From the NCBI GenBank assembly GCA_963783375.1, contig CAWANH010000028.1:1024001-1088000 (forward strand): DNA of 64,000 nt, read 5' to 3'. This DNA is from Candidatus Eiseniibacteriota bacterium. Lineage in GTDB: Bacteria; Eisenbacteria; RBG-16-71-46; JABDJR01. Shown here in pieces: positions 29,232 through 41,221 of the stretch. The stretch's first letter is position 1. Every line of letters begins with the position of its first letter. A program made the translations under genes and the position numbers. The notes beneath the pieces are model-generated. The model worked only from the letters and a program-made list of their open reading frames with translations. It had not been told where the DNA came from and searched no databases.

Positions 29232-30512
29232 GTGTCTCCCGTGTCAACATCAGAAGTGAGCCCCATGGACCTGGCTCAGATGAAGTCCAAGACGGTTCAT
29301 GAGCTTCAGGAGATCGCCCAGGAGCTGAACCTCGGGTCGACTTCGAACATGCGGAAGCAGGAGCTGATCTTCCGCATCCTCGAGGCGCAAACGGAGAAGA
29401 GCGGGCTGATCTTTTCGGAGGGCGTGCTGGAAATATTGCCCGAGGGGTACGGTTTTCTCCGGTCCACCGACTACAGCTACCTCCCGGGTCCCGACGACAT
29501 CTATGTCTCGCCGTCCCAGATCAAGCGATTCGACCTGCAGACCGGGGACACGGTGTCCGGGCAGGTGCGCCCCCCCAAGGAGGGCGAGCGTTACTTCGCG
29601 CTTCTCCGCGTCGAGGCGGTGAACGGCGAGGCGCCCGAAGTGGCCAAGGTCAAGGTCCACTTCGACAACCTCACCCCGCTCTATCCGGACAAGCGGGTGG
29701 AGATGGAGCACGATCCGGACGACATGTGCACGCGGATCATGGATCTGTTGACCCCGATCGGATTCGGCCAGCGTGGTCTGATCGTCTCGCCCCCCCGGGC
29801 GGGGAAAACGGTGCTCCTGCAGCGGATCGCCAACGCCATCACCGCCAACCATCCCGACGCCACCCTGATCGTGCTCCTCATCGACGAGCGCCCCGAAGAA
29901 GTGACGGACATGTCGCGATCGGTGAAGGGGGAGGTGGTGTCCTCCACCTTCGACGAGCCGGCGGAGCGTCACGTCCAGGTGGCGGACATGGTGATCGAGA
30001 AGGCGAAACGGCTGGTCGAGCACCACAAGGACGTGGTGATCCTCCTGGACTCCATCACGCGACTGGCCCGGGCCCACAACACGGTGATTCCGCACTCGGG
30101 AAAGATCCTTTCCGGCGGCGTGGACGCCAACGCGTTGCAGCGGCCCAAGCGCTTCTTCGGGGCGGCCCGAAACGTGGAGGAGGGAGGGTCGCTCACCATC
30201 ATCGCCACCGCCCTGGTGGAGACCGGGAGCCGGATGGACGAGGTCATTTTCGAGGAGTTCAAGGGTACCGGGAACATGGAACTGATCCTGGACCGGAAGA
30301 TCGCCGACCGGCGGATCTTCCCGGCCATCGACATCAACCGGAGCGGGACGCGGAAGGAAGAACTGCTCCTGGACCAGAGCATCCTCAACAAGGTCTGGAT
30401 CCTCCGCAAATTCCTGAACGAGCAGACCTCGGTCGAGGCCATCGAGTTCCTCATCAACCAGATGGGCAAGACCAAGAACAACAAGGCTTTCCTGGAGATG
30501 ATGAACGCCTGA
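29232..30512 (+). CDS. rho: Transcription termination factor Rho
   Basis: [44 protein letters not shown]; start may be ATG 29265. Confidence 0.98.
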   Translation: MSPVSTSEVSPMDLAQMKSKTVHELQEIAQELNLGSTSNMRKQELIFRILEAQTEKSGLIFSEGVLEILPEGYGFLRSTDYSYLPGPDDIYVSPSQIKRFDLQTGDTVSGQVRPPKEGERYFALLRVEAVNGEAPEVAKVKVHFDNLTPLYPDKRVEMEHDPDDMCTRIMDLLTPIGFGQRGLIVSPPRAGKTVLLQRIANAITANHPDATLIVLLIDERPEEVTDMSRSVKGEVVSSTFDEPAERHVQVADMVIEKAKRLVEHHKDVVILLDSITRLARAHNTVIPHSGKILSGGVDANALQRPKRFFGAARNVEEGGSLTIIATALVETGSRMDEVIFEEFKGTGNMELILDRKIADRRIFPAIDINRSGTRKEELLLDQSILNKVWILRKFLNEQTSVEAIEFLINQMGKTKNNKAFLEMMNA

Positions 30513-30752
30513 GCCGGGGCGATGCCGGCCTAAACGACTGCCCGGCAATAAGTTGATAAATCGGGAGGCGCGGGCGGCCGGGCCGGGGGAGCGGTCCGCT
30601 TGGAAACGCCCCCCTTATTTGATATGCTCTTTCGCTCCGCCTTCATCGGCGGAACCGACCTTTGATCGAACGGATTCTCCCGACGGACCCGCCCGAGGGA
30701 TGATCCACGTCCGGGCCGCCGGGACCGTCCGACCGGCCCATCGAGGAATCCC

Positions 30753-31109
30753 ATGAAGACCGACATTCATCCCGAGTACAAGGAAGTGACCGTGGCCTGC
30801 GTGTGCGGGAACACCTTCAAGACCCGCTCCACCATGGGCAAGGATTTCCACGTGGAAATCTGCTCGGCCTGCCACCCGTTCTTTACCGGGAAGCAGAAGC
30901 TGGTGGATACCGCGGGCCGGGTGGACCGCTTCCGCCGGAAGTACGGCACCGACTACAACAAGGCGGCCAAGGCCAAGGCGGAGGCCCCGGCCCCGGAGGC
31001 CGCCAAGGCTCCGGTCGCGGAGGCCGCCAAGGCCCCGGTCGCGGAGGAGACGAAGCCCCAGGCGGCCGAGCCCGAGACGCCCGCCGCTCAGGACAACGCC
31101 GCTTCCTAG
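30753..31109 (+). CDS. rpmE: 50S ribosomal protein L31 (Zn-binding type) with Ala/Pro/Glu tail
   Basis: [30 protein letters not shown]. Confidence 0.97.
   Translation: MKTDIHPEYKEVTVACVCGNTFKTRSTMGKDFHVEICSACHPFFTGKQKLVDTAGRVDRFRRKYGTDYNKAAKAKAEAPAPEAAKAPVAEAAKAPVAEETKPQAAEPETPAAQDNAAS
30996..31043 (+). repeat. Two tandem 24-bp repeats (EAAKAPVA) in the rpmE tail
   Basis: GAGGCCGCCAAGGC[T/C]CCGGTCGCG x2. Confidence 0.85.
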
Positions 31110-31225
31110 CTCGACATCGACCGGCCCTCGCCGACCGGCGCCGGCCGGGCGAGGGCCTTGTCGTATCCTGATCACCGTATCCTGAACATCACGTCCGAAG
31201 CGTCCTCTCCGAAACCGGGTGAGCC

Positions 31226-32191
31226 ATGACGTTCAAACAGCGCTTCCTCCTCATGAACAAGATCCTCCTGTCCCGCTACGCCCCGGTGGGCGGGCAGGCG
31301 GTGATCGAAGGGGTCATGATGCGGTCGCCGCGCATGGTGGCCACCGCGGTCCAGCGGGCCACGGGGGAAATCGCGCTCCAGATCGAGCCCTTCAGCTCGG
31401 TGACCAAGCGTTCGTTCTGGCTGGGGATCCCGGTGGTGCGGGGGATGGTGGGCCTGGTCGAGACCCTGGCTCTGGGGATGAAGTCCCTCTCCTTCAGCGC
31501 AGCCGAGGCCGCCCGCGAGGAGGCGGAAACGGAGGGGGTCGAGCGCCCCGAGAAGACCGAGGGTATCTCCAACTGGGTCATGGGTCTCACCATGGCCTTC
31601 TCGTTCGCGGTGGGAATCCTCTTCTTCTTCTATCTTCCCCTGAAGCTCACCGAACTCACCGGGATCGAGGGCCGGGTGGGCTTCAACCTGGTGGACGGCG
31701 CGTTCCGCCTCACCTTCTTCATCCTCTACATCTGGGGAATCAGCCTGTGGGGGGAGATGCGGCGGATGTTCGAGTACCACGGCGCCGAGCACAAGGTGAT
31801 CCATACCTTCGAGGCCGGGCTCCCGATCACCGCGGAGAACGCCAAGCCCTTCACCACCCTGCATCCTCGCTGCGGCACCTCGTTCCTCTTCAGCATCATG
31901 ATCCTCTCGATCGTGGTCTTCACCTTCTTCGGACGGCCGCACACCCTCGGGGAGCGGCTCCTGCGTTTCGCCGGGGTCCCCTTCATCGCCGGTCTCGGCT
32001 TCGAGTACATCCGGTTGAGTGGAAAGCACGCCGAGAACGGCCTCGTGCGCATCCTCTCCCGGCCCGGTCTCTGGCTCCAGCGCATCACCACCAAGGAACC
32101 GGACATGCAGCAGTTGGCGGTGGCCTGCCGGGCCCTGGAAAGCGTACTTCCCTTGAGCGAGGAGGACGAGCGCGACGTCCGGGTCATGTAA
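31226..32191 (+). CDS. DUF1385 (YqhQ-like) membrane protein
   Basis: GGQAVIEGVMMR, FEYHGAEHK, HPRCGTSF, PGLWLQRITTKEP; usual position next to rpmE/prfA. Confidence 0.92.
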   Translation: MTFKQRFLLMNKILLSRYAPVGGQAVIEGVMMRSPRMVATAVQRATGEIALQIEPFSSVTKRSFWLGIPVVRGMVGLVETLALGMKSLSFSAAEAAREEAETEGVERPEKTEGISNWVMGLTMAFSFAVGILFFFYLPLKLTELTGIEGRVGFNLVDGAFRLTFFILYIWGISLWGEMRRMFEYHGAEHKVIHTFEAGLPITAENAKPFTTLHPRCGTSFLFSIMILSIVVFTFFGRPHTLGERLLRFAGVPFIAGLGFEYIRLSGKHAENGLVRILSRPGLWLQRITTKEPDMQQLAVACRALESVLPLSEEDERDVRVM

Positions 32192-32245
32192 CCCCGCCTC
32201 GCGCCGACGGCCCGGGCCCCTGGGGTCCGGCGCCGAAACAACATC

Positions 32246-33364
32246 ATGAACCAACCCGACCATTTCCTAGACCACCTCGTCCAGCTCGAACACCGGCTCG
32301 ACGAGATCAACCAGGGCCTCGTGCGCCCCGAGGTGCTCGGCAGCCCCTCCGAACTCAAGCGGTTGGGGAAGGAGCGGGCCGAGGTCGAGGAGATCGTAAT
32401 CAAGCTCCGCGAGTATCGCTCGCTTCATGACCGCCTGACCGGGGCGAAGGACATCCTCGAGACCGGCGACGATCCCGACATGGCCGAGCTGGCCGAATCG
32501 GAGATCGCCGAGTGCGAGCCGCGTATCGAGGCGCTCCGCGGCGAGATCAACGAGATCCTCTTCCCCGCCGACCCCAACGACAACAAGGATGTGATCGTGG
32601 AGGTCCGGGCGGGTACGGGGGGCGATGAGGCCGCGCTGTTCGCCGGCGAGATCTTCCGCATGTACTCGCGGTACGCCGAGCGTCAGGGTTGGAAGCTCGA
32701 GATCCTGGGCTCCAGCGAGACCGGGATCGGCGGCTTGAAGGAAGTGATCTTCAACCTCTCCGGAAGCAAGGTGTACGGGCGCATGAAGTACGAGAGCGGG
32801 GTGCACCGGGTCCAGCGCGTGCCGGCGACCGAAGCCAGCGGGCGCATCCACACCTCCGCGGCCACGGTGGCCGTTCTCCCCGAGGCCGAGGATGTGGATG
32901 TGGAGGTGAACGAGAAGGACCTCCGGGTGGACGTCTACCGGTCGAGCGGTCCCGGAGGCCAGGGGGTGAACACCACCGACTCGGCCGTCCGCATCACCCA
33001 CGTTCCCACCGGGCTGGTGGTGACCTGTCAGGACGAGCGCTCCCAGATCAAGAACAAGGCCAAGGCCATGAAGATCCTCCGGTCGCGGCTCCTCGACGCC
33101 AGGATCCGCGAGCAGGAGGAGGCCATGCGCACCAGCCGGCGGAGCCAGGTTTCGACCGGGGACCGGAGCGCCAAGATCCGCACCTACAATTTCCCCCAGG
33201 GCCGGGTCACCGATCATCGCATCAACTTCACTCTCCACCGTCTGCACGAGGTGCTGGAGGGGGACCTCGACGAGCTCACCCAGGCCCTGATCGACGCCGC
33301 CGCCGGAGAGCGGCTGGAGGAGGCGGAGGCGGGGGAGCGTCATGCCCCGGTTCCCCGGAGCTGA
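32246..33364 (+). CDS. prfA: Peptide chain release factor 1
   Basis: GTGGDEAALF, HRVQRVPATE (PxT), GGQ, RTYNFPQ. Confidence 0.97.
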   Translation: MNQPDHFLDHLVQLEHRLDEINQGLVRPEVLGSPSELKRLGKERAEVEEIVIKLREYRSLHDRLTGAKDILETGDDPDMAELAESEIAECEPRIEALRGEINEILFPADPNDNKDVIVEVRAGTGGDEAALFAGEIFRMYSRYAERQGWKLEILGSSETGIGGLKEVIFNLSGSKVYGRMKYESGVHRVQRVPATEASGRIHTSAATVAVLPEAEDVDVEVNEKDLRVDVYRSSGPGGQGVNTTDSAVRITHVPTGLVVTCQDERSQIKNKAKAMKILRSRLLDARIREQEEAMRTSRRSQVSTGDRSAKIRTYNFPQGRVTDHRINFTLHRLHEVLEGDLDELTQALIDAAAGERLEEAEAGERHAPVPRS

Positions 33365-34247
33365 CGGCCGGCTCCCTCCGACCCGGAGCCTCCGGGAATG
33401 GCGCCGGGCGGCCCGGGGAATGCTGAGCGCCGCCGGCATCGAGTCCGCCGCCGCCGAGGCCGATCTCATCGCCCGCCACGTCCTCGGGCTCTCCCGGGTG
33501 GAGCTCACCCTGGCCGCCGACCGCGGACTCTCGCCCGGCCAGAAACGCCGGCTGTCCCGCATCCTTCACCGTCGCCGCCGTCGCGTTCCTTTACAGTATC
33601 TTTTGGGGGAAGTAGACTTCTGGGGTTTGAGCCTCCGGGTCACCCCCCGGGTCCTCATTCCCAGGCCCGAGACGGAGGGATTGGTGGATCGGGTGCTGTC
33701 CTTCCTGGGCCCGGACCCCGAGGCGGTGGTGATGGACGTGGGGACGGGAAGCGGAGCGATCGCCCTCGCCCTGGCCGCCTCGCGGCCGCGCATCACCATC
33801 TTGGCCTCGGACGTTTCCGCCGCCGCCATCCGGGTGGCGCGGGGGAACGCCGGTCGACTGGGATTTTCGGGGCGGATTCGCTTCGCGGTCGGAGACCTCA
33901 CCGAGCCTTTCGAGGGAAAGGAACCGGAGGAGTCGCTTCGGGTACTGGTCAGCAACCCCCCGTACGTTTCCACCCGGGATCGGGGGCGGCTTTCCCCCGA
34001 GGTGGCCGAGTTCGAGCCCGCCCTCGCCCTGTTCAGCGGGGACGACGGGCTCGGGATCATCCGACGGCTCGTGCCGGCGGCGGCGCGGAGTCTGCCCGCC
34101 GGCGCCATGCTCGCCCTGGAGATCGGCGACGATCAGGGGGAGCGGGTCCGGCGGCTCATCGAGGCGTCCCGCGACTGGCGGGACGTTCGGATCGACAGGG
34201 ATCTGGCCGGGCGGGACCGGTATGCGCTGGCGGTCCGGACCGGCTGA
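33342..34247 (+). CDS. prmC: Release factor glutamine methyltransferase
   Basis: LIPRPETE, DVGTGSG, SNPPY; follows prfA. Confidence 0.95.
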   Translation: MPRFPGADGRLPPTRSLREWRRAARGMLSAAGIESAAAEADLIARHVLGLSRVELTLAADRGLSPGQKRRLSRILHRRRRRVPLQYLLGEVDFWGLSLRVTPRVLIPRPETEGLVDRVLSFLGPDPEAVVMDVGTGSGAIALALAASRPRITILASDVSAAAIRVARGNAGRLGFSGRIRFAVGDLTEPFEGKEPEESLRVLVSNPPYVSTRDRGRLSPEVAEFEPALALFSGDDGLGIIRRLVPAAARSLPAGAMLALEIGDDQGERVRRLIEASRDWRDVRIDRDLAGRDRYALAVRTG

Positions 34248-34280
34248 GTCGAAAATGAATCCGGCAAGGAGACCGATCGT

Positions 34281-36035
34281 ATGCGCCGCCTGCCCGCCCG
34301 ATTCGCAGTCGTCCTGTTCCTCGGGGTACTCCTCGCCGCCGGTTGCGGGAAGAGCAAGACCACCCGGCCCGGGAACCAGCCTCCGGTCGTGACCCTGACC
34401 GAGTTCCCCGCCGCGGGTAGCACCGTCACCCTGAAGGCCATGTTCCGCTGGTCCGGCACCGACGCCGACGGTTCGGTGGCCGCCTACGAATACGCCCTCG
34501 ACTCCGAGACCGACCTCACCACCACCGCCGACACCACGGTCACCTTCACCTTCACCAAGGACGACGGCACCGAGTCCAACCCCCAGGATCACGTGTTCCG
34601 GGTTCGGGCGGTGGACGACCGGGACCTGCCCGGGGTTTTCGCCACCCTGGCCTTCCGGGTGGCCTTTCCCAACGACCGGCCGACGGTGGCGTTCAGCCGC
34701 ATTCCGAACACCGGCGGCTACGTGGGTCCCCAGGTCACGATTTCTTGGCAGGGAGAGGACGCCGACGGCGTCGTCGATCACTACGAGTACGTGCTCGACG
34801 ACACCCTGGCCGCCTGGACCTCCATCGCCGATACCACGGTGACCCTGGACTTCTCGACCGGAGTGCCGGCCCCCCGGGGGAGGCCGCTGTTTTCTCCGCG
34901 GGGCGTGTCGGCCCCCCTGCACCGGACCCACGACTACGTGTTCTACCTCAGGGCGCGGGACGACGAGGGCAAGGCCTCGAACGTGGTCCATACCCCCTTC
35001 ACCTCCGGTCCGGCCAACGTCCCCCCGACCGTCGACTTCGACACCCTTCCCACCGGGACGGTGACCGGGAGCGCCACCTGGGTCTGGCACGGCAGCGACA
35101 CCGACGGGGAACTCACCCGCTTCGAGTGGGCGATCGACAAGGCCTCGGATGCCGACTGGAACGTGGTGGGGATCAGCACCGTGTCCCTCACCCGCACCTT
35201 CACCCGGGCGGACGGCACCGCCGAGAACCCCCGGGACCACTTCTTCTATCTGCGGGCCCGGGACGACAACGGCGCCTACAGCGACGTCCTGAGCCGGAAG
35301 TTCACCGTGGGAGTTCCCAACCAGCCTCCGACGGTCAAGCTCACCCAGGCCCCCCAGGAGGGGGGAACCGTGAGCTTCCGAAGCACCATCAAGTGGTCGG
35401 GGACCGACGACGAGGGGGTCGCATCCTACGAGTACGCGGTGGACGGGGCCTCGAGCTGGACCCCGGTGCCCGCCACCGTGACCAGCCGGGATTTCCTGTT
35501 CAGCTGCACCGACTCGGTCACGGTGTACCCCAATCCCAACCCTACCGCGCCCCAGGCCCAGGCCTTCGGCTTCCACCGGTTTGCCATCCGCGCCCTGGAC
35601 GCGCTCGGGGCGGTCTCGCCGACGGTCTCGGTATCGTTCCGCACCATCACCATCACTCCCTACACCACGATCCTCGTTCCCGACCCCGGAGACGGGATGG
35701 TGGCGGGAAGCGTGAGCTTGGACCTGCGCTGGATGGGAGTCGACGTGGATCGCAGCGAGCCGGGGAACCCGTCGAACCGGCTGGCCCGGAACTTCGACAT
35801 CCTGTGGGGCGAGGTTCCCCCCGACTCCACCTATGCCGACGGCGCGGCGGAGGTGGCGGCGGCCCTGGCCCGGGGCGCCCGGTGGCAGACCCTGGCCGAC
35901 AGCGCGGTCGAGACCACGCTCGGCCTCGAATCGGGAAAACAGTACGTGGTGGCGATACGGGCCCGTGACGTGACCAACGCCGTCGAGCCCTACTTCAATT
36001 ACGGAAGGAACGTGCTCCGGGTCACCGTGCCCTAG
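34281..36035 (+). CDS. Lipoprotein with about five tandem Ig/FN3-like repeats
   Basis: Lipobox LAAGC; repeat unit N.PP.V...W.G.D.DG.V..YEY..D...H.F..RA.DD.G. Confidence 0.85.
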   Translation: MRRLPARFAVVLFLGVLLAAGCGKSKTTRPGNQPPVVTLTEFPAAGSTVTLKAMFRWSGTDADGSVAAYEYALDSETDLTTTADTTVTFTFTKDDGTESNPQDHVFRVRAVDDRDLPGVFATLAFRVAFPNDRPTVAFSRIPNTGGYVGPQVTISWQGEDADGVVDHYEYVLDDTLAAWTSIADTTVTLDFSTGVPAPRGRPLFSPRGVSAPLHRTHDYVFYLRARDDEGKASNVVHTPFTSGPANVPPTVDFDTLPTGTVTGSATWVWHGSDTDGELTRFEWAIDKASDADWNVVGISTVSLTRTFTRADGTAENPRDHFFYLRARDDNGAYSDVLSRKFTVGVPNQPPTVKLTQAPQEGGTVSFRSTIKWSGTDDEGVASYEYAVDGASSWTPVPATVTSRDFLFSCTDSVTVYPNPNPTAPQAQAFGFHRFAIRALDALGAVSPTVSVSFRTITITPYTTILVPDPGDGMVAGSVSLDLRWMGVDVDRSEPGNPSNRLARNFDILWGEVPPDSTYADGAAEVAAALARGARWQTLADSAVETTLGLESGKQYVVAIRARDVTNAVEPYFNYGRNVLRVTVP

Positions 36036-36125
36036 CCGTCCCTCGAGGAAACGGCCCCGGTCGCGCCGACGGGCGGCCGGGTGACGCGGCGCCCCCTGCG
36101 CCGCGACCGCCCGGGAGGAACCGTC

Positions 36126-37394
<1,269 letters not shown>

Positions 37395-37395
37395 C

Positions 37396-39324
37396 ATGGA
37401 GCCCGCGGGAACCCGCTTCGCCATCCTCGGCACCGCCGGTCACATCGATCACGGAAAGACCGCCCTGGTCCGGCTTCTCACCGGCACCGATACCGACCGG
37501 CTGAAGGAAGAGAAGGCCCGGGGCATTTCCATCGACCTGGGGTTCGCCCACCTCGACCTCCCCGGCGGTCTCTCCTGCGGCGTGGTCGATGTCCCCGGCC
37601 ACGAACGGTTCGTGAAGAACATGCTGGCCGGGGCCTGCGGCGTGGACGCCATGCTCCTGGTCATCGCCGCCGACGAGGGGGTGATGCCCCAGACCCGCGA
37701 GCACCTGGACATCCTGGATCTCCTGGGGGTGAAGCGCGGGGTGGTGGCGCTCACCAAGATCGACATGGTGGAGGAGGAGTGGCTGGATCTGGTCACCGAG
37801 TCGGTGAGCGAGTACCTCGCCGACCGCGGATTCGGCGACTTCCCGGTGGTGCCGGTGTCGTCCAGGACCGGCGAGGGGAAGGACGCGGTCCTGGCCGCCC
37901 TGGCCGGGGCCCTCGCGGAACTGGAGGAAAGGCCGACCGCGCGGGCGAGCCGGCTCCCGGTGGACCGCGCCTTCGTGGTGGAGGGGTTCGGCACCGTGGT
38001 GACCGGAACCCTGTGGCGGGGGACCATCCGGCCCGGCGACCGGCTGGTGGTGGAGCCGGGAGGCGTCGAAACCCGGGTGCGAAACGTGGAGGTCCACGGC
38101 GAGAACGTCACCGAGGCCCGGGCCGGCCAGCGCACCGCGGTGGCCCTGGCCGGGATCCCGCGCGACGCCGTTCCCCGCGGCGCCTGGCTGCTGGCTCCCG
38201 GCACCCTGCATCCCGCGTCCATGCTGGACGTCCGGCTCCGGGTGCTCCCGGACGCGCCCAAGGAACTTCGCCACCGCCAGCGGGTGCGGTTCCACCTGGG
38301 GGCGAGCGAGATCCTGGGGCGGCTGGTTCTCCTGGAAGGCGAGCGGATCGAGCCGGGAGGGGAGGGTCTGGCCCAGATCCGACTCGAGGAGCCGGCGGTG
38401 GCCGACCGGGGCGACCGCTTCGTCCTGCGCTCCTATTCGCCGGCCCGGGCCATCGCCGGGGGAACCGTGATCCTCCCCGACGCCCCCAAGCGACGCCGCG
38501 GGCACGGAAAGGCCCTGGAGGAAATACGACGGGAAGAGTCGGGAAGTGCCGAGGATCGCTTTCTGGCCGCGCTGGGGGAGATGCCGTTCGGGGGAAGCGT
38601 GGCGGAGGTGGCCCGAGGGGCCGGCCTGGCCCCCGCCGAGGCCTCGGAGGCGGAGGCACGGCTGGTGGAACTGGGCGAGGCGGTCCGTCTCCCCGACGGC
38701 AACCTGGTGACCCGAGAGCGGATCAAGGGTCTCTCCCGTAGGGCGGAAACGGTGCTCGAGGAGCTCCAACGGGCCAACCCACTGCGCTGGGGAACGAGCC
38801 GGGGCGAACTCAAGAGCCGGTTGGGAGCCAAGTTACCTTCGTCGCTGTTCGATCACCTCACCACCGCCCTGGCTGCGGACGGGCGGGTGACCCAGCGGGA
38901 GGACGTCCTTCGGGGGGGGAACGGGGAGATGGAACTGACCCCGGAACTCCAGGCCCGGGTGGAGCGCGTGGCCCGTGAACTCGAGGCCGGAGGGGTGACC
39001 CCGCCGACCTCCAAGGAACTCCAGACACGCTTGGGGTTCAACGTCTTGGACGTCCTGGAACACTTGACTTTCCGCGGGGACGCGGTGAAAGTCACGCCCG
39101 AACTCTTCATGAGCCCGGCCTCGATCGGGCGGATCGCCGATTGGCTTGAAAGCTTTTTTCAAGGCCATGCCGAACTCGCCATGGCGGATCTCCGTGAAGC
39201 CCTGGGGATGAGCCGGAAGTACTCGGTGCCGGTTCTGGAACACCTGGATCGGCAGGGCTGGACCCGCCGGGTCGGGGACGTCCGGGTGCCGGGAAGACGG
39301 CTGGAAGGCACTTCCCGATCGTGA
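37396..39324 (+). CDS. selB: Selenocysteine-specific elongation factor
   Basis: GTAGHIDHGKT, TDRLKEEKARGISIDLGFA, DVPGHERFVKNM, C-terminal winged helices with SRKYSVPVLE. Confidence 0.95.
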   Translation: MEPAGTRFAILGTAGHIDHGKTALVRLLTGTDTDRLKEEKARGISIDLGFAHLDLPGGLSCGVVDVPGHERFVKNMLAGACGVDAMLLVIAADEGVMPQTREHLDILDLLGVKRGVVALTKIDMVEEEWLDLVTESVSEYLADRGFGDFPVVPVSSRTGEGKDAVLAALAGALAELEERPTARASRLPVDRAFVVEGFGTVVTGTLWRGTIRPGDRLVVEPGGVETRVRNVEVHGENVTEARAGQRTAVALAGIPRDAVPRGAWLLAPGTLHPASMLDVRLRVLPDAPKELRHRQRVRFHLGASEILGRLVLLEGERIEPGGEGLAQIRLEEPAVADRGDRFVLRSYSPARAIAGGTVILPDAPKRRRGHGKALEEIRREESGSAEDRFLAALGEMPFGGSVAEVARGAGLAPAEASEAEARLVELGEAVRLPDGNLVTRERIKGLSRRAETVLEELQRANPLRWGTSRGELKSRLGAKLPSSLFDHLTTALAADGRVTQREDVLRGGNGEMELTPELQARVERVARELEAGGVTPPTSKELQTRLGFNVLDVLEHLTFRGDAVKVTPELFMSPASIGRIADWLESFFQGHAELAMADLREALGMSRKYSVPVLEHLDRQGWTRRVGDVRVPGRRLEGTSRS

Positions 39325-39380
39325 AAGACTGGAAGAACGCCGGGTACGGAATACCCCCCGGCGGGGCAAGGTAGCAAACA

Positions 39381-39977
39381 ATGGAACGACGCTTGAGTGG
39401 GAGCCCGGGTGAAGAGCTCAAGGGTGCCCGCGATGCGGAACTGGTGGCCCGCTCCAAGGCCAACGACACCGTTGCCTTCGGAGAGCTGGTCCGCCGGTAC
39501 CAGAAGCCGGTCTTCCGAATCGTGCTGCGCATGGTCAAGAGCCAGGACGACGCGGACGACCTGACCCAGGACACGTTTGTCCGGGCGTATCGCGGCCTCA
39601 AGACCTTCAAGGAAGAATACGACTTCCATCCCTGGCTCTACCGGATCGCGGTCAACCAGGCCATCAATTTCATCAACCGGCGAAAGCGTCAAGCCGCGGT
39701 GGACCTGGAAGACGTCCCCGAAGGGGACATCAAGACCGGCCCGGAGCCCGAGAGTCCGATGCAGTCCGCCTCCCGAAGGGAGCTGCTGGATCAACTCGAA
39801 GGCGCGCTCGAGAGCCTTCCCGAAGATCAACGCACCGTGTTTCTCCTGCGCGTGCAGGAGGGTCTCTCTTACGAGGAGATCGCGAAGGCCATGGGAACAC
39901 CGAAAGGAACGGTGATGTCTCGACTGGCAAGGGCGCGCATGGCGCTTCGCAAGTCCCTCGATATGCCTTCCATGTGA
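39381..39977 (+). CDS. ECF RNA polymerase sigma factor
   Basis: AFGELVRRY, DLTQDTF, WLYRIAVN, LSYEEIA, GTVMSRL. Confidence 0.93.
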   Translation: MERRLSGSPGEELKGARDAELVARSKANDTVAFGELVRRYQKPVFRIVLRMVKSQDDADDLTQDTFVRAYRGLKTFKEEYDFHPWLYRIAVNQAINFINRRKRQAAVDLEDVPEGDIKTGPEPESPMQSASRRELLDQLEGALESLPEDQRTVFLLRVQEGLSYEEIAKAMGTPKGTVMSRLARARMALRKSLDMPSM

Positions 39978-41161
39978 GCAAAGAGGATCCAGCAGCCATG
40001 AGCACGTCGATACACCCCTCGTCCGACGATCTGAGCGCGTACTTCGATAACGAGCTATCCGACACCGAAGCCGCAGCCACCGCCACCCACCTCACCGATT
40101 GTCCCGAATGCCAATCCCACATCGAGGCTTTCGCCGTCCTGTCCGAACTCGGCCCTCGTGTGGAGGAGATGCTCCCGGGCGAGGCGTACTGGTCTGATCT
40201 TCCCGATCGCGTCCTGGCCCGGCTGGCTATCGAGGCGGGCCGTGCCGGCGCGCCGGCGGCCGCGGCGAAGGGCTCCTCGTTTTGGCGGAGCCTCTGGAAT
40301 CCCCAGGGCGGCTGGAGATGGGCGGTAGGCTCGACGGCCACCGCCGTTCTGCTGGTGGGCGCTTGGTTCACCATCCACCAGGCCCAGAATCCCGCCGCTC
40401 CGTTGGGGAGTACGATCGCCGAGAACCGCGCCGCTCCCGTCGAGGTTCCCCCGCCCGGCGCGGGGTTGGCGGGCACCCCGCTCATGACCGGGGTCACCGG
40501 GCCGGTGGAGTCGGCTCAGTTCGTGGACAACACCGTGGCCGACGCTGCGCCCGGCATGAGCCCCGACGCCTTTTCCCGGCAGGTCATCACGACCCTGGGC
40601 GGGCGGGAGAACCTGGGCACGAGCCTCAACATCGCCTCGGGGCAGGCGGTCACCGGGGACGGGGCGGTCTCTCCGATCGCCGATCAGGTGGCGTGGACGC
40701 TTCCCCCCCTCGGACCTCAGGCCCGTCTGGAGACCCAGGGGCTGGTGAGCTGCGGCCCCGGCGAGAGCCCCCTGGAGAAGGCGTTCGTCTGCGCGGCCAA
40801 GGCCGACGAGATGGGGCAGAGCGCGCTGGCCCGGCAGGGGTACCAGGTGGTTCAGCGGTTCTCCGATCAGAGCCGCCCCCTCTACTGGGAGGCGGATTAT
40901 CGCCTGACCTATCACAAGTGGCGGCAGCAGCTGGCCAGCGTACCCGCCGGCCCGCAACGCGCCCAGATCCTGGACAACATGCACCGGCTCGCCGACCAGG
41001 CCTACACGAGCTGGAAGAAGACCGGAAACCTTCCGGACTGCCAGCAGGCCTGGTGCATGAACCGGGCGTTCTACCGGCTGGCCGCCGAGGTCTCCGGGGT
41101 GAATTCGGTTTCCGAACAGACCGCGCGGATGAGCGCGCTCGTGAGCTGCATGAACCAGTAG
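39974..41161 (+). CDS. Zinc-finger (ZAS) transmembrane anti-sigma factor
   Basis: LSAYFDNEL...HLTDCPEC (HxxxCxxC), one TM, extracytoplasmic C-terminus; overlaps the sigma stop. Confidence 0.85.
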   Translation: MSKEDPAAMSTSIHPSSDDLSAYFDNELSDTEAAATATHLTDCPECQSHIEAFAVLSELGPRVEEMLPGEAYWSDLPDRVLARLAIEAGRAGAPAAAAKGSSFWRSLWNPQGGWRWAVGSTATAVLLVGAWFTIHQAQNPAAPLGSTIAENRAAPVEVPPPGAGLAGTPLMTGVTGPVESAQFVDNTVADAAPGMSPDAFSRQVITTLGGRENLGTSLNIASGQAVTGDGAVSPIADQVAWTLPPLGPQARLETQGLVSCGPGESPLEKAFVCAAKADEMGQSALARQGYQVVQRFSDQSRPLYWEADYRLTYHKWRQQLASVPAGPQRAQILDNMHRLADQAYTSWKKTGNLPDCQQAWCMNRAFYRLAAEVSGVNSVSEQTARMSALVSCMNQ

Positions 41162-41221
41162 ATGTTTCGAACGGTTTTCATGGAGACAATCAGCAGGATG
41201 ATCCCGTAAGCAATTGATCAG

